In this document: one piece after another, positions 1 through 12,170 of the stretch
Numbering within the stretch: the stretch's first letter is position 1
How the letters are laid out: every line of letters begins with the position of its first letter
NCBI RefSeq assembly: GCF_947568905.1
Contig: NC_079165.1
Location: 83,266,001 to 83,330,000 of the forward strand
Reading direction: 5' to 3'
Origin: Ostrea edulis
Taxonomy: Eukaryota
DNA length: 64,000 nucleotides
Made by a program: the position numbers and the translations under genes
The notes under the pieces: generated by a model
What the model saw: the letters and a program-made list of their open reading frames with translations, nothing else
What the model was told of the DNA's origin: nothing
Database searches by the model: none

Positions 1-55
1 CTCCCTAAAGTTTTGACATTAAGACGTCAAATATGACTCAATCAATGCCCTATAC

Positions 56-175
56 CTCATCCAGAAAATCCTCTGTCAGGTCACCTTTCTCGTCGATGTT
101 GCCAAAGAGAAATCCAGTCAGGGAGGACATGGTCTGATGGCTGTCCATGAGATCGTGTTCATCCTCGCTGTCCAT
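56..175 (-). CDS. TAF1: TFIID subunit 1, first coding exon (TBP-binding TAND1 region); gene continues beyond the left edge
   Basis: Minus strand reads MDSEDEHDLMDSHQTMSSLTGFLFGNIDEKGDLTEDFLDE (40 aa) then a GT donor at 55-54. SLxGFLFGNI(D/N)xxGxL is the TAF1 N-terminal signature. ATG context is AAGATGG and a CAG acceptor lies 18 nt upstream (exon about 193-56). Too short for the ORF track. Confidence 0.88.
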
Positions 176-415
176 CTTGCTGAGATGAAGCCTCTGTCAG
201 AGTGTAATAATCACATTAAATTTCCAATATAATGAGTGGCATATCGGATTGCTGGAGAATCCATAGAAATTGGTTCTGGTATGCAATATTCTGTTGGTCT
301 CACCTACAAATTGGGAAACATAAATATCAGTGGCTAGATATTGAAATGAAGATCCAATTAAACAAAATTATGCTTAATGTTCACAAAGGTTTTCTACATC
401 ATTACAAACCACAAG

Positions 416-1341
416 CAGGGTTATCCATCATTTCAAATGTTACCGTGTTGCAGATTGTTTAATTTTTGTTTAAATATGTAGATAACATTAAATATTAAAT
501 TACATTATTATCAAAGTACACCGAATTAATCATATCTAAAGTTAACACTCATTACATTAAAGAGGCAATAGCTGTGAATGTGATGGCAACCTTTTTTTCT
601 AAAAATCTCTCAGTGTCATAGGAAAATCAATTAATGACTGATAATTTGTACAAAAACAAGAGACACCTAATAAAACTATGTTAGATAACTGCTTTTAGTG
701 TAAAGAAATATATAAGGAAGAATTATTGTCTTGAAAGACAATAATTGTCTTGAAAGACAATAATTATTTAATCTTAATCAACAAAATTATATATTCATGG
801 GGCTGCTTTGCCGTTAGAAAGTGTTTGAAATGATTAAATTATACTGGTGTTATTACTGAAATATATAAAATAGAACAATTTTCATTGAATGAACTAGAAT
901 ATCAAGTACATGTTCTAGCGATGTGTATCCCTTGTAAACTCAGATGGTGAAATGAATTTTAAGGGATTGAAACTGAGGGATAAATTGTCTTCTGTCAAAG
1001 AAGGCCTATCATTTTCTTTATGTCTTTTCCCTCCCCTAAGATCTATTTCAACAATTCAAAATTAAGTGGCTGGCAGTGTTCCATTTACACCTACTTAATT
1101 TAAAACTGTGTGTAGTATCAGGGGAGGTGTACTCATTTATGTAATATCACCTCTCTGAAACATGCACCACTGTCCCTTACTATTTAAATAGAATTATTCT
1201 TTCTAGTATGTTGCCCTAGTTTTCTTCACGATCGGCGGGAATCTTACTGTGTTGTTATTTATTTTCTGTGTCACGTACTGTGTGGGGAGAAAATTGCACT
1301 GTGTCGGAGCCGCACAATAAAAACGCTGCTGGAGAACCCTG
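416..1341. mobile_element. Non-autonomous DNA transposon with CAGGG...CCCTG ends
   Basis: TIRs CAGGGTTATCCA (416) and TGGAGAACCCTG (ending 1341), one mismatch. 6-bp direct repeat CACAAG at 410-415 and 1342-1347. Confidence 0.7.
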
Positions 1342-1829
1342 CACAAGCAAATTATACAACCCTCTCCTCATTCACCCATGGTGCAATACTGTACTCATAA
1401 AATTTGCTCACCTCATTAGTATTTTTTTTTTAGCTAATACGAGTCCAGCAGAATCAGTTCATGACCTTATGATATCCAACCACAGTTTTGGTTGAAAATG
1501 TTTTATATTTAACAAAATCAACAAACAACAATATTAGCTGATTATCACTATTATCAGATCTATGTGTCTCTATCTGTTTACATCCAAATATTCAATATCT
1601 ATACTGTATACCTGTGGTATAAATCATAAAACTATTACAAAATTCAAGCAGTTGCGAATCAATCTATTAATAAAATATAGTATGAAACTAAACTTGTAGG
1701 CTATACTCTTTTTTTTTTTAATAATCATTTTAAATGAAAAATAGATCGAAACTTTCTATCTCAGCCTACATTAACATAAAGAATAAATGCATATCTTTAT
1801 GAGAAACAAATTATATACTACATCCTTAC

Positions 1830-1910
1830 ATCGTAAATGTTGCAAATCTTCAACTTTGACAAACTGATACTCTACTTTAACAATTTGACGCCATTTTGAG
1901 TTCATAACAA
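1830..1910 (-). promoter_or_regulatory. Candidate non-coding first exon/promoter of TAF1 with YY1-type motif
   Basis: Minus strand CAAAATGGCG (YY1 consensus, typical just downstream of housekeeping TSSs) followed about 60 nt later by a GTAAGG donor at 1829. Link to TAF1 is inferred. Confidence 0.4.
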
Positions 1911-2019
1911 ATGAAACCATAATCAGTCAAAACACCAAAATCCGGAAAAGTAGTTAAGGAGACGACGATACTTTATGGAAATTTATATTTCCCTGGTTTT
2001 GATCGGGAAATACCGTTAT

Positions 2020-2022
<3 letters not shown>

Positions 2023-2061
<39 letters not shown>

Positions 2062-2318
2062 GTAGGAGTGTGTAAAGTGAGGACAGAAATTGCACTATGA
2101 GGACATTAATTGTCCTCACAATTACATCCCTATATATATGTGACCTACAGCATGTGAAAGATGCAGATTCAAAATATTAGATTAGTGAGGACAAGTGGTG
2201 TGAGGACATGTTGTTACTAATCATGCTTCTCTTGGTCTAAATCCCCTTTTTCATAATTCGAAAGTATGTTCTCTTCTACACATTGTACGGACTTCCTCAC
2301 TTAGCTAGTAGGTTTGGT

Positions 2319-2350
<32 letters not shown>
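2023..2350. repeat. Two (GA)n microsatellites (2023-2058, 2321-2350)
   Basis: Direct reading of the sequence. Further GA/CT tracts at 4969-5005, 36083-36121 and about 54310-54385. Confidence 0.95.
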
Positions 2351-2352
<2 letters not shown>

Positions 2353-3016
2353 CGCCGGGTTTATAAATGTGCTATACCCACACCTCAGTATAACAGAACA
2401 CTTATTCACTGAATGTGAGTAGGGTAGAGCTCTCTTTCATCAAACCATTGACATGAAGTACTCCCCTCGGGCAAGCCCAAGGGCAATCTCTACCCAGAGT
2501 TCCGTGCGGGCTATTGGGCAGCTTGCGTAACGCGCCATCTGGTGAGAGAATGACCCAAATGGAGGATAGTTCATGTCGTGCGATCCTAATCCTACTAATT
2601 AGACTATAGTTTTATTAAGTGTACTTACTAAGTGTCTTCATAGAGCAGGTACTGAAATCACGACAATAAACCATCACCTCAAACAAACCGCTCACCAGCT
2701 CTTCAGCAGGAACAAAGAGAACAGCATCTTCACTGGTCAAGGGTGATGCTGCACGCACGGTGTTTCTTTTGAAGAGAACAGGGGTGGAGGGATTTTTCGT
2801 GCAAAGAAATTATTTTCCATTGAACTTTCTCCTTATCATCATGAATATATAAAACTTCATTTTTTTTTTTTTATTGCAATATTTCACTATGATAATAATT
2901 GCTTTAAAACAAGGTGATTTAACCACTTATTTTCTTTGTTCTTTCTTTTATCATAAGTATATATTTACAAGCCAGAAATAAGTTATTAGCAATACTGAAA
3001 TCAAAACACCGAGTTT

Positions 3017-4967
3017 TTGAAAGTTTCACATACATGCAATAAGCTTAATTTCTGCTGTAAACCATTTCTTAAGGACAATAACGTAATTTTTAAAGATACA
3101 AAGGATATTGCCGAATGTTTTAATAATTACTTTTGTAACATTGGTCATGAGCTAGGAAAACATTTTGATGACACTTTACCTACAGTTGAAGAACAAATGC
3201 CTAAAAATTCTTATACAATACCAGGTATAACTGCAGAATTTATTGAAAATGAGATAAAATGTATGTCTGCATCAAAGGCAACAGGTTTGGATGGTATCTC
3301 TGTCAAACTTCTAAAACTTTCATCAAACAGTGTATGTGATATTCTTGCATATATTTTCAACTATTCTATATCTTCATGTACTTGTGCAGATGACTGGAAA
3401 AAGGCACGAGTTGTACCACTTTTTAAATCAGGGGATGAATGTCTAGTTAATAATTATCGGCCTGTATCCATTTTACCTTGTGTGAGCAAAATTTTAGAAA
3501 GGCATGTTTTTAATTCATTTTATGAGTATTTGTCAGTAAATTCTCTAATTACAGATTGTCAGTCTGGTTTTAGGCCAAAACACTCATGTGAAAGTACTCT
3601 TATTTCTCTAGTAGATAGATGGCTTAAAAATATTGATGAAGGTAAACTTACTGGTGTAATTTTTATAGACTTACGGAAAGCATTTGACACTATAAATCAC
3701 AAGGTTTTATTACACAAACTCAAGTCATTTGGCATATGCAATGATACTTTTGAATGGTTTAAATCATATCTAACAAATCGTACACAGAGAGTTATTTGGA
3801 AAGGCAATTTATCGGAGGAAAGAAATGTAACCATTGGAGTTCCGCAAGGCTCTATTTTAGGCCCATTGTTTTTTATCCTGTATATTAATGACTATTCACA
3901 AGCACTGAAACATTCTCATGTAAATATGTATGCAGATGATACTTCACAAGATGTAACAGATAAGTCAGTGGAAAATATTGAGTCAAAGATGTATGAAGAT
4001 CTTCAGCGCAGTATAATGTGGATTAAGGAAAATAAATTAAGCTTAAACCTGTCTAAAACTCAATGTATGCTTATTGGATCGGCACAAAAATTATCAAAGT
4101 ATCGAAAATTAAATTTAGTGATAAATAACCATGTCATAGAATGTGTTCAGGAGTCAAAATTACTTGGTATTATTATTGATGAAACTTTGTCCTGGAAAAG
4201 TCATATAGAATCACTTATGAACAAGATTTCCAAGAGAATTGGCATTTTAAGAAGAATAAGATATTTTATGTCAAACGATGCGCTGCTGAAGATTTTTAAT
4301 ACTATGATTTTTCCACATTTTACATATTGTTGTACTATATGGAGCAATCCAAGAAATGCTGAAAATGTGAATAAGCTTTTTATATTGCAAAAACGAGCTG
4401 CAAGGGTAATTCTTAACATCAGAAATTTTGAAACACCATCTAATGTCATGTTTACAGAACTTAAGTGGTTGCCTCTATCAGATTACTTTGTCTATAGAAA
4501 AGTCATTTTAGTGTATAAAGTTTTACATGGTTTAATGCCAGATTATTTAAATGTTTTTAAATATGTATCAGAAGTCAGTCAGAGGCAAACTAGAAATTCT
4601 TATTCAAATATTTTGTATATACCCAGGGCAAAAACAGGATATTATAGAAGATCTTTCAGCATTTCAGGGAGCACAGTGTGGAATGCCTTGAGTCAAAACA
4701 TAAGAAACTCAACGAGTGTTGCGTGTTTTAAGAGAAATTATCTTAGAGATTATCACCATACTTTTTAAGCTTCATTTTGTATTCTATTTATCTTACATTC
4801 ATAATTATTTCTTAAGTTTATATGTATTCTACTTCTTTTAATCTGTGTTTATTTTACTAATATCTGTCTGTATGTATGTTATATGCAGGACCATATTGAA
4901 AACTAGCGTTATCGCTAAATATGTAATCCTGGTTAAATAAAGGTCTTATTATTATTATTATTATTAT
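3017..4967 (+). mobile_element. 5'-truncated LINE (CR1/L2/Crack group), RT and C-terminal part of ORF2
   Basis: 583-aa stop-free frame with RT motifs KATGLDGI, NYRPVSIL, QSGFR, FIDLRKAFD, GVPQGSILGP, MYADD, KLLGI. No endonuclease domain and no ATG start. 3' UTR has a stem-loop (4886-4931), AATAAA (4936) and an (ATT)n tail (4946-4967). Confidence 0.95.
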
Positions 4968-5009
<42 letters not shown>

Positions 5010-5838
5010 AATTATGCTAGATTTTACTCCTAATAGTTGTAACTCGGAAAATTATATTCAAATGTATAAGCAAACAATGATAAGCAGCTTATTTTCTGCA
5101 ATTAACCGACATCTGATACGTGTTGTATTATTGCCCGTCCTAGATGCTATGAGGATTTCTCTTTAAGCACTATGAGAACATGTTCTTAATTGTCTGTTAT
5201 TATAAACATAATTATAAGTAAGTAAATTTCATAAGAGTCGGCAGATATAGGCCTATTTGCTATATCAGTGGACACATCATCGCTCACATTTGTAGCATGG
5301 CTACAATGCGCGGGGAAATATTCTGCCATGCAGCGCGTTTCGAACACGCGGTCCGGTTAGCCAGAATGGACACGAATGTATTCGAAAAGCATACTGTTTT
5401 TCCTCTCCGTTACCGACAATCATGCATGAACGACCAAATTTTTGACCAGTCATTTTAACGCCGTTTACTTTGGGAAGTTTAAATTGCACAAATTACAGTT
5501 GATAATATATATCACTTTTTCTCAAATCTTTTATGAAACTGACTCAGTTCACAGAAAGATGAATGGATTTCAATGATGTTGACTTTTATTCCAATCGTGA
5601 CCTCTCTGGAAATCATTTCAAATAAAAAAAAAAAATACTGAATAGAACTAAGTGTGCGATTTATGTAATTTCCACGAAAGCTTACTTTAATTTGGCATAG
5701 TTAACAAGGTGTAATACTATTATTTTTTCTTTCTTTCTTTCTTTCTAACAATTCTGTTCGATCACAAACTCAATAAACCACAGAAAAGTGATGCACAAAA
5801 ACTAATATTTTGAATGAAAATACATGCATAAGTAGCAT

Positions 5839-5929
5839 CATCGTCGCAAACCACGAGTTAAATGTTTCATTCTATTTCACAAACGTTTGTGAAATAGAAT
5901 GAAACAATAGCCCGTGGTTTGCGACGGTG
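5839..5929. mobile_element. 91-bp hairpin micro-MITE with 9-bp TSD
   Basis: Near-perfect foldback CATCGTCGCAAACCACG...CGTGGTTTGCGACGGTG, flanked by AAGTAGCAT at 5830-5838 and 5930-5938. Confidence 0.85.
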
Positions 5930-6656
5930 AAGTAGCATAGTTTATAATATGATGTTTACAAATTATGCATCTCCAGAATCCAATCGTACGGATAAGTTGT
6001 ACATTTACAGTTAGAGGGACAGCTAATTAAAAGTTTCCCAATATTCCTTCAGCTGATGTCAAATAAATATGGCAGACAAAACGAGGTACAATAATTCAAT
6101 AAATACATAACTTTGGGCGTTTTAACATGTAAAGTTCTCACTTTGAACTAAAATGTGTGTAAGTACAGCTTTTTCATTGTGTGTCTATATATGGGTGTGC
6201 AATTAGTCGTAATGACATATGTACATAATCATCGCTTATAATTACATGAGTAGCCACGTGTCATTTGATACGTTCTAGGAATACTCAACGATTAAAAATA
6301 GCATATAACAAGAAAATAGCTCAGTACCGAAAAATACATCACACCCCGTAGAACACCAGCAGCTATTACAAAAATTTTATACCTCTACAAAATTTTCTCC
6401 ACTTCATCATTACGGAAAGGGTCCAAATAATAACTTCTCCCCGGCGTGCATAATTCATTATTTATACTAATATACAGTGGTTGTGTACGGTACTGATTGT
6501 GAACATGTGGTGATTTTGACCGATTAACGGGTGGATGTGTAACGTGAGAAACCACACAGTATCAGCCACAGATAAGATTACCCCCGGATTGAGGGGAGGA
6601 TTTGATTACCCGATCCGTTGTAAATCGATCTGACGAAGCCGAGTGGTGAGGCAGCC

Positions 6657-9600
6657 ATGTCTAGCTTGTTTTCATGTTTTGGGAAGAAAAGCAAAGTTAA
6701 GAGAGGAAACAAGGAACCGAAAGACAGAAAGGTGAGCCACCTTAAGCTTAATTTCACTGTATATTTCACGTGGTCTCTTAAACAAGATATCCTGGCAAGC
6801 TTTTCAGACATTGATTTTCCTTTGTGTAACTATATTAAATATGAATGTTTGTTTTAAATATGTGAGGATCTGATGGATGACTTACACAGATAAAATAGAT
6901 CGTGTACTCAACTTTTGATACAATCAAAACACGCAGCGATTTTCAGTTTAATACGCAAACGTTTGCGGATTAATGCACGAAGCGACAAGGTGGACTGTAC
7001 TAGTGTACTATTGACATTTCCGTTTCCTCAAGGACTGTATATATATTATATTATTTTGTCGAGTTAGGGATATCTGTTAGTGATAAAATCTACAAATTCT
7101 TCCTGTTATACAGAGCTACTCAATGCTAATATACGATAGATACAGAAAGTATTGGAAATTCAGACATTTGTTTTTGGAGGTATTTTATTGATATCAATCA
7201 AAAAGGATTGGAGAAAAGTTCTTTCAACTGAATTAATTACTTGTTCTGAATAAAACAATGGAAGTCTTGCAGATAAATGGTTTCCTTCGTATATATTTGT
7301 TACATTTACAATTTCTTAAAAATATTGATACGTACACGTGGGCAGACATTAATTAGAATTATGTGACAACACTAATTTGTATTTATCCTCAGATAAACAA
7401 AGGTGTTCTGAGCACCAGATATTTACATGTGATAAAATTAAAATACGTGGTTAAAGAAATGTCAAATCGATTCTGTTGTGTTGTTCAGTTTCAAGACGGC
7501 AGAATATTGATCCGACAGATGTGTTAATATGTCCAATTTATGATTACATTAACGGTTTGCTGGAAAGACATTTATCCACGCACTACATATCTATCCCACC
7601 TCTATATTTGAACGGAATTGTTAAGGTTCCCCGTCATTTAAAACGTTTGAAACACCTGAATGGAATCGTGCAGGCTAATTTTGATAGCTTGCTATAACCT
7701 CAATAATCCAGATTAAATTCGCTGTAAAGTATCTAAAAGATTTTTAAAACAAAGCACAAGCAGACATTTAACATGTGACCATGACCTACGATCTGCCTTA
7801 AACAAGGGATCGGTTATTATTTCAAAAACATTTTTCTCTCCAAAATAACAGAAAGATGCCAAAAGCAAAGAAAAAGAACAGACCCCACTTATCATTAAGG
7901 ATGAGAGGAAACCGCCTTTGGAGGAAAGTGTACCAGACGTAGCCCAGGTAATTATTTAATTAATATCTCGCATGTTTTGAATGAATCCTGACGGGGTACT
8001 GCAGGGGGTACCCCTGATCTTCCACAACACTGAGCGTTCTTAATTTCGTACTCCTTTCTTTTGCGTTATATGTAATATATCAATCTGGAACAATCGATTT
8101 TGGTTTTATTATGAATAACATATCAAAATCAATCGTATCAATATAGGCCTAAAGTATTTTATTATGTATAACGTATGAATTCAGTAGAGAACAATATATT
8201 TTGGTTTTATTAAGTATAACATATGAAATCAGTAGAGAAAATTAGATTTTAGTTTTATGAAATCAGTAGAGAAAAATAGATTTTGTTGGGTTTTTTTTTT
8301 TTTTTTTTTATGTATAACATATGAAATCAATAGAGAACAACAGTTTTTGTTTTTATTACGTATAACATCAAATCCATACAGAACTATTATTCGACATAGG
8401 TCTTATTATGTTAATCGAATCAATGCAGAACGAATGCTAATCAACACATTTCCGTGGGGACCCGGGTTAGAATAGGTCCTCAGTACCCCTTGCTTGTCGT
8501 AAGAGGCGACTAAATGGGGCGGTCCTTCGGATGAGACCGCAAAAACCGCGGTTCCGTGTCACAGCAGGTGTGACACCATAAAGATCCCTCCCTGCTCAAT
8601 GGCCGTAAGCGCCGAACATAGGCCTAAATTTTGCAGCCCTTCACCGGCAATGGTGACTTCTCCATATGAGTGAAATGTTCTCGAGAGGGATGTTAAACAA
8701 TATAAAATCACACATAACAATCGATTTTAGTTTTAATATGTCTAACATGTTAAAAATCACTCGAATCAATACGGAACAATCGATTTTGGTTTTATCATGT
8801 TTAACATATGAAAATCAATGCAGAACAATCAATTGGGTTTTAAATTAGAGTGTAAATGAAATGTATTAGCTGGCAAATAGCACCCCATTTCAATTATTTG
8901 AAACATTTTGATTTTGATATTATAAATGTTCTTTGATAAAATATGAATATAAAAAGTTTTGTTCAATTATTACGCTTTCTTTCGGAAGTGTATCAACTTC
9001 CTTACTCGTGGTAGGATTAAATTTAGATATTAAGACTGTTGTTTTGTAAACAGACAAATGGGGATGTGCACAGGGAGGAGGTGGAGGTGTCCCCACCGGA
9101 AGAACCCAGCAGCCCCTTAATTAAAGAGCTGGAGATCAAACTTCTAGAGAGGAGAGAGAAAGGCAAAGCAGACGACAACAAAACAGATATCAAAGAAATC
9201 CAAGATGATCTACCCCGAGAGCAGGAACTTAACAAAGCTGAAAAGAAAACACCGGAATCAGAAGCACACATGATCACACAGACAGAGGAAATAGAAAAGA
9301 ATGCAACGGTCGTGTCAGAAAATACCACACCGGTAGTAACGGAAAAGAAAGCGCCGATCGTGCCGGAAAAGAAAGCACCGGTTGTGTCGGAAAAGAAGGC
9401 ACCGGTCGTGGCGGAAAAGAAATCACCGGTTGTGCCGGAAAAGAAGGCACCGGTCGTGGCGGAAAAGAAAGCACCGGTTGTGCCGGAAAAGAAGACACCG
9501 GTCGTGGCGGAAAAGAAAGAGGTAGATATTAGTGCATTAGAAGAGCAAATAGAAAAATCGAGGTCTGAGATTCTACAACTCAGAACCGAAAACATCCAAC

Positions 9601-12122
9601 TCAAAAAGGAGATTTCCGAGAGTGAACATCTGAAGAGCTTATCATTAGAAAAGGCACAACTAGAAGACCAAATCAAGCGTTTGGAAGACTCATACAAACA
9701 ACTTCAAGCAAGAGAACATAAGATTACTACTGAATACGAAGATTTGAAGAATTCTGTGTCAAAAGAAAGTGAAAAATTTAAAGATGAAATGGAAGAAAGG
9801 TTAAGACTTGCTCTCAATGAGAGACAAAATATTTTAACTTCCTTTGAGGAAATGGGCACATTATGCTGCAGTCTTGCTTGTAAAATTGACACTATGGAGT
9901 CCACAAAACAACAGCGTACAGAAGAGGACATAACACCGCGGGTAGAGAGTTTGGGGGAATCACACAAACTGGTCAACAAAGATCTGACAACATTAAGGCA
10001 CCATCTAGATGAACTGGAACTTCGAATTATTCGTCTGGAAGTCGACAAAGACAATCTGGAGGATCTTCATAGTGAGAACTTCGTAGCCTTGGAGGAAACA
10101 AGAAAGGAAAATTCCAATTTGGTGGTCAAAATAAAGAAATTGGAAGTTGAATGTGAAGGAAAGAAGACAAATTTAGTCCAAGCAGAGAAAGAGAAGGCAA
10201 TTATGTCATCACAGCTAACAATGTTGATGACAGAGGTTGAAAACCTTAAACGGAAGATGGATGAGTTGTCTGTTGCCCATGGTGAAAAGGAGGCAGCGTT
10301 AGAAAACTCATCGAGGAAGCATTCAACCCTGAGCGAAGAAATCAAAGTACAAGGAATAAAAATACAGACAATGACATCATTGGTCAAGGAAAGGGAAGAG
10401 ACATGCAACAAAACTGAGAAGAAATTGAGGGAAGCAAAAAAATTGAATGAGGAACTTATGAAACGGTACGTACTTCAGAGTAGTAATTGTGATAGACCGA
10501 CTCAAATGCAACGAAGGAGAACCCTCATTAAGAGACTCGTTACATCTCTCGACGTTATTTTGGTGTTTTCTTTAGTCTTTCTTTAGTCAAAACATAATTA
10601 CCATGACCGAAACTACCCGAAAACAAATCGAAAACAAAAGTATAACCGAAAATGTACCTCCAATATATTTTACAGATTACATGAGCAAGAAAACAAGAAA
10701 CAGAATGGCACTAGTCCAGTGAAAATGAACGGTGCTGCATCGCTGACTGTTCCAATAGCAGACGATACGAGTCGTTTGCACAAAATCTCGGAACGGTTTG
10801 CTGTCGAACTTTATGGTGGCCTATGGTGTGAAGCATACCAAAAACTCACAACAGTATTCAAAAGAGAGGAAAAGAAATCGCTACAAATACTGATGGACTT
10901 CTGCACTGTAAGTACAGCTCCGTATTTCCGTTTGCGTTCACAAGTAATGTTTGGATAAGATTGCTAAAACTTTAGTGAAAATCTTGCTCAATTTATTTGG
11001 CATGCATGTTTTTTTTTTTCAGGAAGCATATCTCCATTGCCGACGAACGGCCAGGCAGCAGCTGGACTCAGTATATTCCCTGCTGACCAACCCTTCTGTC
11101 GCACATGGACGCAACAGTATCAGCAGACGATCACCGTCATCCGTAAGTTGCCATGGCAACAAACTGTCAAACTTGTCTTGATTTCTATTGCTGATTTCGT
11201 TGTTACTAGAAGGATTCGTTATCGTTTGTTGTGAAATCTTCTTTTAGAATTTATATAAGAGTATCATTATACAGAAACAGTCGACTCCAGAGAATATCCC
11301 GCCGAGTCTTCGCCATCAGATCGTACAGTTCCGGAAAGATCCTTCCAGAGACTTCCTGGACAGTTTATACGATGTAAGAATGGTTTTAGTTCTTGTAAAT
11401 AGAATCACAGGGGCTCTGTTCTCTATCACATATATATGATAAATATATGTGTGATACAGAACAGAGCGGATAAGATGCCCCTGTTATAGAATCATAGAGA
11501 ATGCGAAATTTCTTATCAATTTCTTTAAACTATACCAAAAAATATCAACATATTTTAGAATTTACGACTATTTACACATGTACCAGATCTAGTATTCGAA
11601 AAGTACAAACTGGTTTAGAAGCGATTTGCCATTACAGGTCTGATAGTTTGAAATTTTCTTATCACCAAGTGACCACAGGGTTTTGACACAATCTGAGCAA
11701 ACTGGTATATATAGTATATAGAGTGAATGGCTTTACTCTATATACCAGTTTGCTCAGACTGTGTCAAAACCCTGTGTAATTGACTATATACGACATTACT
11801 TCTTTTCTAGGATTTCCTAAGTGTCTTAGACTTCCAGAAGTCCCGTCACCTGAGAAGTTTCCATATGAAAGAGGTGAAAGACATTGCTCCCTACATCACG
11901 AAATGTCTGGCCATCAGCTGGGAGATGGTGGTTCAGGACCCACCGATGTACCTACAGTTCAAAATCCGGCATGGCACCCCCGTGGATCGGGAAAAATACA
12001 ATTTTTACACGACAGAGGGAGAAGTGGTGGACTACCTTGTGTGGCCGGCCGTGCTGAGGGAAGAGAACGGTGTGGTACTGCACAAAGGCTTGGTGCAGGC
12101 TATTTCATCCCGACCAGGTTAA
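6657..12122 (+). CDS. Coiled-coil protein with MIEAP (mitochondria-eating protein/SPATA18)-like C-terminal domain, 7 coding exons
   Basis: Exons 6657-6731, 7852-7947, 9054-10465, 10676-10907, 11023-11142, 11275(or 11281)-11373, 11811-12122. All are GT-AG with compatible phases and no internal stop. C-terminus YITKCLAISWEMVVQDPPM...YLVWPAVL...GVVLHKGLV and KISERFAVELYGGLW resemble the MIEAP domain family as recalled; the domain name needs HMM confirmation. Confidence 0.8.
8080..8830. repeat. Degenerate tandem repeat of about 55-60 bp in intron 2, interrupted by a SINE
   Basis: Recurring AACAATCGATTTTGGTTTTATTATG...AACATATGAAATCA motif on both sides of the 8451-8702 SINE. Confidence 0.6.
8451..8702 (+). 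mobile_element. 5'-truncated SINE with Deu/Nin-type core (BivaMD-SINE-like)
   Basis: GTCCTTCGGATGAGACC...CAGGTG...AAAGATCCC matches the recalled DeuSINE core and is preceded by GCTTGTCGTAAGAGGCGACTAAA. A second copy lies at 49934-50161. Confidence 0.7.
9327..9518 (+). repeat. In-frame coding tandem repeat, 8 x 24 nt, (A/T/S)PVV(A/P/S/T)EKK
   Basis: Direct reading of exon 3; the 3' copies alternate in a 48-nt higher-order pattern. Confidence 0.95.
11413..11467. repeat. Imperfect 55-bp palindrome in intron 6
   Basis: GCTCTGTTCT.TATCACA...TGTGATA.AGAACAGAGC. Confidence 0.6.
11674..11776. mobile_element. 103-bp hairpin MITE with CAGGG-type ends
   Basis: Arms of about 38 bp: CACAGGGTTTTGACACA.TCTGAGCAAACTGGTATATA and its reverse complement. 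No TSD found. Confidence 0.7.
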
Positions 12123-12170
12123 CGCTACAGACTGGCAATTCTATATCGCTACAGACTGGCAATTCTATAA
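12123..12170 (+). repeat. 24-bp tandem duplication directly after the stop codon
   Basis: CGCTACAGACTGGCAATTCTATA(T/A) twice. Confidence 0.9.

Noticed and set aside
9023-10411. Minus-strand ORFs of 224, 74, 116 and 114 aa
   Set aside because: Antisense shadows of the E/K-rich exon 3 (Ser/Phe/Leu-rich mirror composition); no independent splice or homology evidence.
10466-10586. Hydrophobic C-terminal tail of the 515-aa ORF (possible tail anchor)
   Set aside because: It is read-through past a phase-compatible GTACGT donor at 10466; the hydrophobic run is short, contains an Asp and is expected from T-rich intron sequence. Only intron-retention reads would revive it.
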